Assembly: GCF_000155895.1 (NCBI RefSeq) | Contig: NZ_DS995298.1 | Location: forward strand, 990,001-1,022,000 | Length of the DNA stretch: 32,000 nucleotides | Source: Candidatus Pelagibacter sp. HTCC7211 | Lineage (GTDB): Bacteria > Pseudomonadota > Alphaproteobacteria > Pelagibacterales > Pelagibacteraceae | Direction of reading: 5' to 3' | Part shown: positions 26,899 to 32,000 of the stretch, piece after piece | How the letters are laid out: every line of letters starts with the position of its first letter | How positions within the stretch are numbered: position 1 is the first letter of the stretch | Made by a program: the position numbers and the translations under genes | The notes under the pieces: model-generated | Told to the model about the DNA's origin: nothing | Databases searched by the model: none | What the model saw: only the letters and a program-made list of their open reading frames with translations

Positions 26899-28290
26899 TT
26901 AAATAGAGCTAATTCTAAATATGTTCTCTACTACTGAAATTGACTCTTTTTTAGCTAAAAAGACCACTTTATCATCTTTTTGAAAAACAAAATTCGATCT
27001 TGGTATAATTACTTTTTGATCACGTAATACAGCACCTATTCTGATTTCTTCTGGTAAATTAGAATTCTTTAATTCTTTATTTATTAACTCTGAAGTTTCA
27101 ATTACTTCAGCTTCAATTACTTCATACTCGCCATTAAGAATAGTATAAGCGGTTTCTATAGTTCCTTTATGAATATGTTTTAAAATGCTTGATACTGTAT
27201 TCATTCTAGGATCAATTAAATCATCAATTTTAAGTGAACTTTGTAACAATGAGTAATTAGGTTTGTTAATTAATGCCATTGTTCTCTTTTCATCGGTTTT
27301 CTTGTCATCTTTCGCAAATTTTTCAACAAGAACACTTACCATCAAGTTATCTTCATCATCATTAGTTAGTGCTAGAACGGTTTCTGCTTCTTCTAAATTT
27401 GCCTCTAGTAAAACTTCTTCGTCCAACCCATCACCATTAATTATTATTGTATTATTAAGTTCATTTGCTAAAAATTCGGATCGATCTTTACTTTTCTCAA
27501 CAATCTTAACTCTTGCAGCATCTAAAGTGTCCTCTAGATTTTTAGCTAGATTAAATCCAATATTCCCACCACCAACAATTAAGATTTTTTTAGATATCTT
27601 TTCATTATGACCAAATGCTTCTAAAGTTTGAGACATTTGTGCAGAATTAATAATTACATAAATTTTGTCATTTTGTTGAATATCATCATTTTTTTTGGGT
27701 ATTAAAAATTTATCTCCTCTTATAATTCCTATTATATTAGCATCTAGTTCAGGATATTTTTTTGTAAGTTCATTTAATTGAAAATTAATTAATTTGCAAT
27801 TTTCATTAATTTGAATTTCCAATAATCTAATTTTATTTTCTGCAAAAGGAACACTATCTAATGCTCCTGGGGCCTCTAATTTTCTTTGTATTGAATTTGC
27901 TATTTCAAGTTCTGGAGAAATAATGACATCAATTGGTAAATTTTCTTTATTATAAACCCTTGTAAATTTTGGATTTAAATAGTCTTGAGATCTTATTCTT
28001 GCAATTTTTTTTGGTATCTTGAAAATAGAAAATGCTATTTGACATATAAGCATATTTATTTCATCATTACGTGTAACTGCAATAATCATGTCAGCTTCAG
28101 TTGCATCTGCTTTTTCAAGAATAGATGGATAAGTTGCTTTTCCAACAATTGCTTTTACATCTAATGAATCGTCAATTTTTTGAATATCATCACTTGATTG
28201 ATCTATAACAGTAATAGAGTGTCCTTGATCACTTAGCTGTTTAGCAATAGTGAATCCAACTCTTCCAGCGCCACAAATGATTATATTCAT
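26899..28290 (-). CDS. trkA: Trk system potassium uptake NAD-binding protein TrkA
   Basis: The protein has two tandem RCK (TrkA-N/TrkA-C) units. The Rossmann motifs are IIICGAGRVG and LIVGGGNIG. Confidence 0.9.
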   Translation of the reverse strand: MNIIICGAGRVGFTIAKQLSDQGHSITVIDQSSDDIQKIDDSLDVKAIVGKATYPSILEKADATEADMIIAVTRNDEINMLICQIAFSIFKIPKKIARIRSQDYLNPKFTRVYNKENLPIDVIISPELEIANSIQRKLEAPGALDSVPFAENKIRLLEIQINENCKLINFQLNELTKKYPELDANIIGIIRGDKFLIPKKNDDIQQNDKIYVIINSAQMSQTLEAFGHNEKISKKILIVGGGNIGFNLAKNLEDTLDAARVKIVEKSKDRSEFLANELNNTIIINGDGLDEEVLLEANLEEAETVLALTNDDEDNLMVSVLVEKFAKDDKKTDEKRTMALINKPNYSLLQSSLKIDDLIDPRMNTVSSILKHIHKGTIETAYTILNGEYEVIEAEVIETSELINKELKNSNLPEEIRIGAVLRDQKVIIPRSNFVFQKDDKVVFLAKKESISVVENIFRISSI

Positions 28291-28291
28291 T

Positions 28292-29647
28292 TTAATTAAA
28301 TTCTTTTATTCCCAAGCCTTTCAATTTTCTATGCAAAGCACTTCTTTCCATACCAACAAAATTTGCTGTTTTTGAAATATTCCCTTTAAATTTTTTAAGT
28401 TGAATAGTTAAATACTCCTTTTCAAACTTTTCTCTAGCCTCTTTTAATGGCACAGATAGGCTATTTTCTGAAATATTATCTTTAAAATTATCATTTTTTA
28501 ATGACTCTTTAATAATATTAGAAATTTTTTCATTTGTATCTGGTTGTAAAATTGCAATCCTTTCAATAAGATTTCTTAACTCTCTAACATTTCCTTTCCA
28601 ATCATGATTTAGAATATAGCTATTATTATCATCTATATTTAACTCTTTAATATTGTAATTTTGAGCAATTTTTTTTGAGAAATACTTTATTAAAAGTGGG
28701 ATATCAGAAATTCTTTGACTTAAAGGTTCTATATTAATTTCAAAAACATTAATTCTATGGAACAAATCTTCTCTAAAATTTCCAATTTGAATTTCTTTTT
28801 TTAGATCTTTGCTAGAAGAGCAAATTAATCTTACATCAACAGTAATGTCATTGCTACCGTTTACTCTTTTAAATTTTTGATCAGTTAAAACTCTTAAAAT
28901 TTTTGACTGAATATCTAATGGGATTTCAGAAATCTGATCAATAAGAAGAGTTCCTTTATTTGCTTTTTCAAGAGCACCATAAGAAATTGATCCATTTTCT
29001 TTCTCTTCCCCAAAGAGTTCAAGCTCATATTTATTTGAGTCGAGTAAAGCTCCATTTAATATTACAAATGGATTTTTATTTCTTGATGAATTTTTATGAA
29101 TTTTTCTTGCTATCAATTCTTTACCGGATCCAGAGGGACCATTTATAAAAACTCTACTCTGAGTTAAAGATATCTTTTTAATTTGTTCAATTATATTCGT
29201 CGTATTTTTACTATCTCCAATTAAATCATATGATGAAAATAATTTAGTTTCATATTCTTTATTTTGTTTTCTTAAATTAAAATTTTCAACTGCACGACTT
29301 ACAAAGTTTAATAATCTTTCCTGATCAAAAGGCTTTTCGATAAACTCAAAAGCTCCATAATGTAAAGATTTAATAGCCATTTCCATATTTGCATGTCCAG
29401 AAATCATTATAACTGGCACATCTTTATCTTTAGTTTTGATGTGAGATAAAAGTTCAATACCATCATTATCACCCTTATCTAGTTTAACATCTAGTATTGC
29501 AACGTCGGGTAATTTTTTATCAATTTCAGTTAATGCCTGATTAAAGTTTGCAGCTATTCTAGTTTTATAACCAGCATCAATTATTAATTCATTAATGATA
29601 TTTCGAATATCAGTATTGTCATCTACTATTAGAATTTCTGTATTCAT
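28292..29647 (-). CDS. ntrX: NtrC-family response regulator NtrX
   Basis: The protein has a receiver domain (ILIVDDN ... VAILDVKL), an AAA+ domain (Walker A GPSGSGKELIARKIH) and a C-terminal Fis-type HTH (GNISKTANFVGMERSALHRKLK). Where NtrC has ELFGHEKGAFTGA this protein has ELFGEEKENGSISYGA, so the GAFTGA loop is absent, as in described NtrX proteins. Confidence 0.85.
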   Translation of the reverse strand: MNTEILIVDDNTDIRNIINELIIDAGYKTRIAANFNQALTEIDKKLPDVAILDVKLDKGDNDGIELLSHIKTKDKDVPVIMISGHANMEMAIKSLHYGAFEFIEKPFDQERLLNFVSRAVENFNLRKQNKEYETKLFSSYDLIGDSKNTTNIIEQIKKISLTQSRVFINGPSGSGKELIARKIHKNSSRNKNPFVILNGALLDSNKYELELFGEEKENGSISYGALEKANKGTLLIDQISEIPLDIQSKILRVLTDQKFKRVNGSNDITVDVRLICSSSKDLKKEIQIGNFREDLFHRINVFEINIEPLSQRISDIPLLIKYFSKKIAQNYNIKELNIDDNNSYILNHDWKGNVRELRNLIERIAILQPDTNEKISNIIKESLKNDNFKDNISENSLSVPLKEAREKFEKEYLTIQLKKFKGNISKTANFVGMERSALHRKLKGLGIKEFN

Positions 29648-31428
29648 TATTTTAAGAATTTAATTTTTATTTTTGCACCTTCATTTTTTGATACAAATTC
29701 AATATTACCATTATGATCATTTATTATTTTATTTACAATTGATAATCCAAGACCAGTACCTTTTTGTTTTGTTGTAAAGTAAGGGTTTAAAATATTTTTA
29801 ATATCAGTATCCAAATTGTTGAATCCTACTCCAGTATCATCAATAGTTAGGTTTATATGTTCATTAATTTCATTTAGTTCAATAGCAATATTCTTCTCAA
29901 AATTAGTCACTTTTTCGGACTTTTGATGAATGCTTTCTATAGAATTTTTTATTAAATTGAAAAAAACCCTACTCAATTGCTCCTTATCACAATTAAATAA
30001 TATTTTTTGATCAAAATTTATAAACTTAATATTGATAGAGTTATCTAATTCTTGAAGTAATTTGATATTATCATTCATCAAAGAAATTAGATCATTATTT
30101 TGAAATATAGGCTTAGGCATTCTTGCAAAATCAGAGAATTCGTTAACTAGTTTTTCAATTTGTTTAATTTGATTATTTATAATCTTAAGATTTTCTTTAA
30201 AATTCTCGTTATCATTTTTATTTAATTGAGATGTGTATTTACTTTTTAATCTATCAATAGTTAATTGAATTGGGGTTAGTGGATTTTTAATTTCATGTGC
30301 TAACTTTCTTGCTAAATTACCCCAAGCTTCATGCCGCTCATTAATTATTAGTTTTTCTTGCTGATTTTTTAATCTATCGATCATTTGGTTAAAATTCTTA
30401 TTTAAAATTTCTAAATCTTTATCAGTTTTTAATTCAGGAACTTTAGTATTTAAATCACCCTCACCAATTGATGAAGATGCTAGTATAAGATTATTAATTG
30501 ATCTAAAAAATCTTGAAGAAAAACGTATTGCTATAGAAATAGAAATAAACAATAAAAGTGAAACTACAATTATATATATAATTGCAAATGATATTTTAAT
30601 TCCAGTACTTTTTTCTTCTACTGTATAATAAAAATTAATAGCTTCTTGAGACTCAATTAAATAACGAGAAATATCTTTATCTAAATATTTAACAACGTAT
30701 AGAAATCTATCTTCAAAATTTTGTAAACGCATTATTGCAGCAGATCGATTTTCTAGTGCATTTATAATCTTTAATGGGCGATCATCATCAAGAACAAGAT
30801 TTAAAGCTTTATCAACTGGAGCTATATAAGGTTCATCATCTTCAAGTGTTGTAAATAATATTTTTTTATCAATATCAATAATGTGTATTTCATCTACACC
30901 TCTTATAATTTTTTGAGTATTTAAAAATCTTTTATATTCATTCACATTATCATTTAAAAATTTTTTACTTTTATTTACATCAAAAGCTACAAGGACAATT
31001 TCAGATTGGATTTTATTTCGTACCTCTTCAACATAATCTCTTGCTAATTGATAAGAATTATTAACAACTGTAGTTACTTTTTTGTCAAAATATTTTTCGA
31101 GTGCAAATGAAAATAAGAATAATGAAAATATTGATATTAATAGTGAAGGTGTAAGAGTGAATAATGCAAAATAAGTAATATATTTTTTATTTGAATTGAG
31201 ACCGTCTTTATCAATATCATTTTTAATTGCTTTTTTGATTTCTAAGAAAATGAATACGAAAAGTAAAAAAAGTAAAAAAATATTTAAAATTAATAATAAT
31301 TGTAAATTATTATCAGATAACTCTACGTAGCCTTTATCAATAAAAGTTAAAAAGGTTAAAAAACCGATAGAAAGTGTGATAATAAAGAGAAATATTAAAT
31401 ATATATTTTTTTTGATAAATTCGTACAT
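29647..31428 (-). CDS. ntrY: sensor histidine kinase NtrY
   Basis: The protein has N-terminal TM helices followed by a HAMP-like segment. The HisKA H-box is LAHEIKNPLTPI and the HATPase G-box is GTGLGLSIVNKII. A TAATG junction links it to ntrX. Confidence 0.85.
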   Translation of the reverse strand: MYEFIKKNIYLIFLFIITLSIGFLTFLTFIDKGYVELSDNNLQLLLILNIFLLFLLFVFIFLEIKKAIKNDIDKDGLNSNKKYITYFALFTLTPSLLISIFSLFLFSFALEKYFDKKVTTVVNNSYQLARDYVEEVRNKIQSEIVLVAFDVNKSKKFLNDNVNEYKRFLNTQKIIRGVDEIHIIDIDKKILFTTLEDDEPYIAPVDKALNLVLDDDRPLKIINALENRSAAIMRLQNFEDRFLYVVKYLDKDISRYLIESQEAINFYYTVEEKSTGIKISFAIIYIIVVSLLLFISISIAIRFSSRFFRSINNLILASSSIGEGDLNTKVPELKTDKDLEILNKNFNQMIDRLKNQQEKLIINERHEAWGNLARKLAHEIKNPLTPIQLTIDRLKSKYTSQLNKNDNENFKENLKIINNQIKQIEKLVNEFSDFARMPKPIFQNNDLISLMNDNIKLLQELDNSINIKFINFDQKILFNCDKEQLSRVFFNLIKNSIESIHQKSEKVTNFEKNIAIELNEINEHINLTIDDTGVGFNNLDTDIKNILNPYFTTKQKGTGLGLSIVNKIINDHNGNIEFVSKNEGAKIKIKFLK

Positions 31429-31450
31429 TTTAAATAAATAATCACATCAA

Positions 31451-32000
31451 ATGATGAACAATTATTTTATAATACTTGCCTCAGGACAAAGCAAAAGATT
31501 TAATTCAACTAAGCCAAAACAATTTATTACTTATAAAAATAAAGCACTTTTTGAGCATTCAGTTGATAAAGCTATAACTTCTAAACTGTTTAAAAAAATT
31601 ATTTTAGTTACAAATGATAAAAAACAAATCAAAAATAAATTTCCAAAAAATGTAATAATTATTAATGGTGGTAAAGAAAGATCAGACTCATCTTTGAAAG
31701 GTTTAAATTATATCAAGAAATATAAACCAAATAATGTTTTAATTCATGATGCTGCAAGACCAAATTTCTCAATTGGTCTTTTAAAAAAACTTATTAATTC
31801 ATTACAAAAGAATAAGGCATCGATACCTATAATTAACTCTAAAGACTCCATAAAATATAAAGTTAAAAATCAATTGTTTAATTTAAAAAGAGATAATTCT
31901 TTTTTAACACAAACACCTCAAGCGTTTAAATTTAAAGATATCTACGAATTATCAATTAAACAAAAAAACAAAATTCAAGATGAAGCTACATTATTTATTG
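31451..32000 (+). CDS. ispD: 2-C-methyl-D-erythritol 4-phosphate cytidylyltransferase, 5' part (continues past window end; may be an ispDF fusion)
   Basis: My own translation from ATG 31451 gives MMNNYFIILASGQSKRFNSTKPKQFITYKNKALFEHSVDKA ... GGKERSDSSLKGL ... VLIHDAARPNFS ... TQTPQAF. These are IspD signature blocks (AxGxGxRF, GGxxRxxSV, HDAARP, TQTPQ). Confidence 0.85.
   Translation, partial: MMNNYFIILASGQSKRFNSTKPKQFITYKNKALFEHSVDKAITSKLFKKIILVTNDKKQIKNKFPKNVIIINGGKERSDSSLKGLNYIKKYKPNNVLIHDAARPNFSIGLLKKLINSLQKNKASIPIINSKDSIKYKVKNQLFNLKRDNSFLTQTPQAFKFKDIYELSIKQKNKIQDEATLFI

Noticed and set aside
27263-29148. Plus-strand ORFs 27263-27610 and 28960-29148 inside trkA and ntrX
   Set aside because: These are antisense shadow ORFs with Ser/Leu-rich low-complexity translations.
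1-32000. Search for CRISPR arrays, long tandem or dispersed repeats, IS elements, toxin-antitoxin pairs or defence-system gene signatures
   Set aside because: None were seen. Every ORF over 200 nt on the favoured strand is accounted for by housekeeping or Pho-related functions, and no spacer is long enough to hide an array.

Overview
The window is very AT-rich and extremely gene-dense. The gene content, order and codon style look like a streamlined marine alphaproteobacterium of the SAR11 / Candidatus Pelagibacter type; this is an inference, since no rRNA is present. I call 29 CDS (two truncated at the window edges), 3 tRNAs, 2 clear hairpin terminators and several candidate regulatory sites. 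There is no CRISPR array, transposase, integrase, phage gene or recognisable defence gene. Bases 1-14067 form one contiguous phosphate-stress block. It contains ppk1 (partial), a SixA-like phosphohistidine phosphatase, the pstSCAB-phoU-phoB operon, an uncharacterised secreted protein, phoR, olsB-olsA (aminolipid synthesis), plcP-agt (phospholipase C plus glycosyltransferase for phospholipid replacement), a DAG-kinase-like lipid kinase and a tiny lysine-rich protein. The remainder is housekeeping: manC, ilvD and valS are joined by TAATG stop/start overlaps. After these come tRNA-Cys, tRNA-Asn, an XRE regulator, the aapJQMP general amino-acid ABC transporter and tRNA-Arg(UCU). The window ends with an ntrY-ntrX-trkA-trkH unit and the 5' part of ispD. 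I do not see a convincing, wholly new multi-gene system. The items most worth follow-up are uncharacterised or unexplained parts of the Pho neighbourhood. First, 7-bp TGTAAC-like repeats phased at 11 bp (candidate Pho boxes) occur at the pstS, olsB/phoR and plcP/dgk promoters. A fourth, orphan copy sits in a 173-bp spacer that also has mutually exclusive hairpins, which could mark an sRNA. Second, an unknown secreted protein is inserted between phoR and pstS. Third, the SixA-like gene is wedged between ppk1 and phoB. Fourth, a TTGTTAACAA-core perfect palindrome occurs both in the aapJ leader and just after pstS. All functional calls rest on reading motifs in the supplied translations and on my own translations; no database search was possible.
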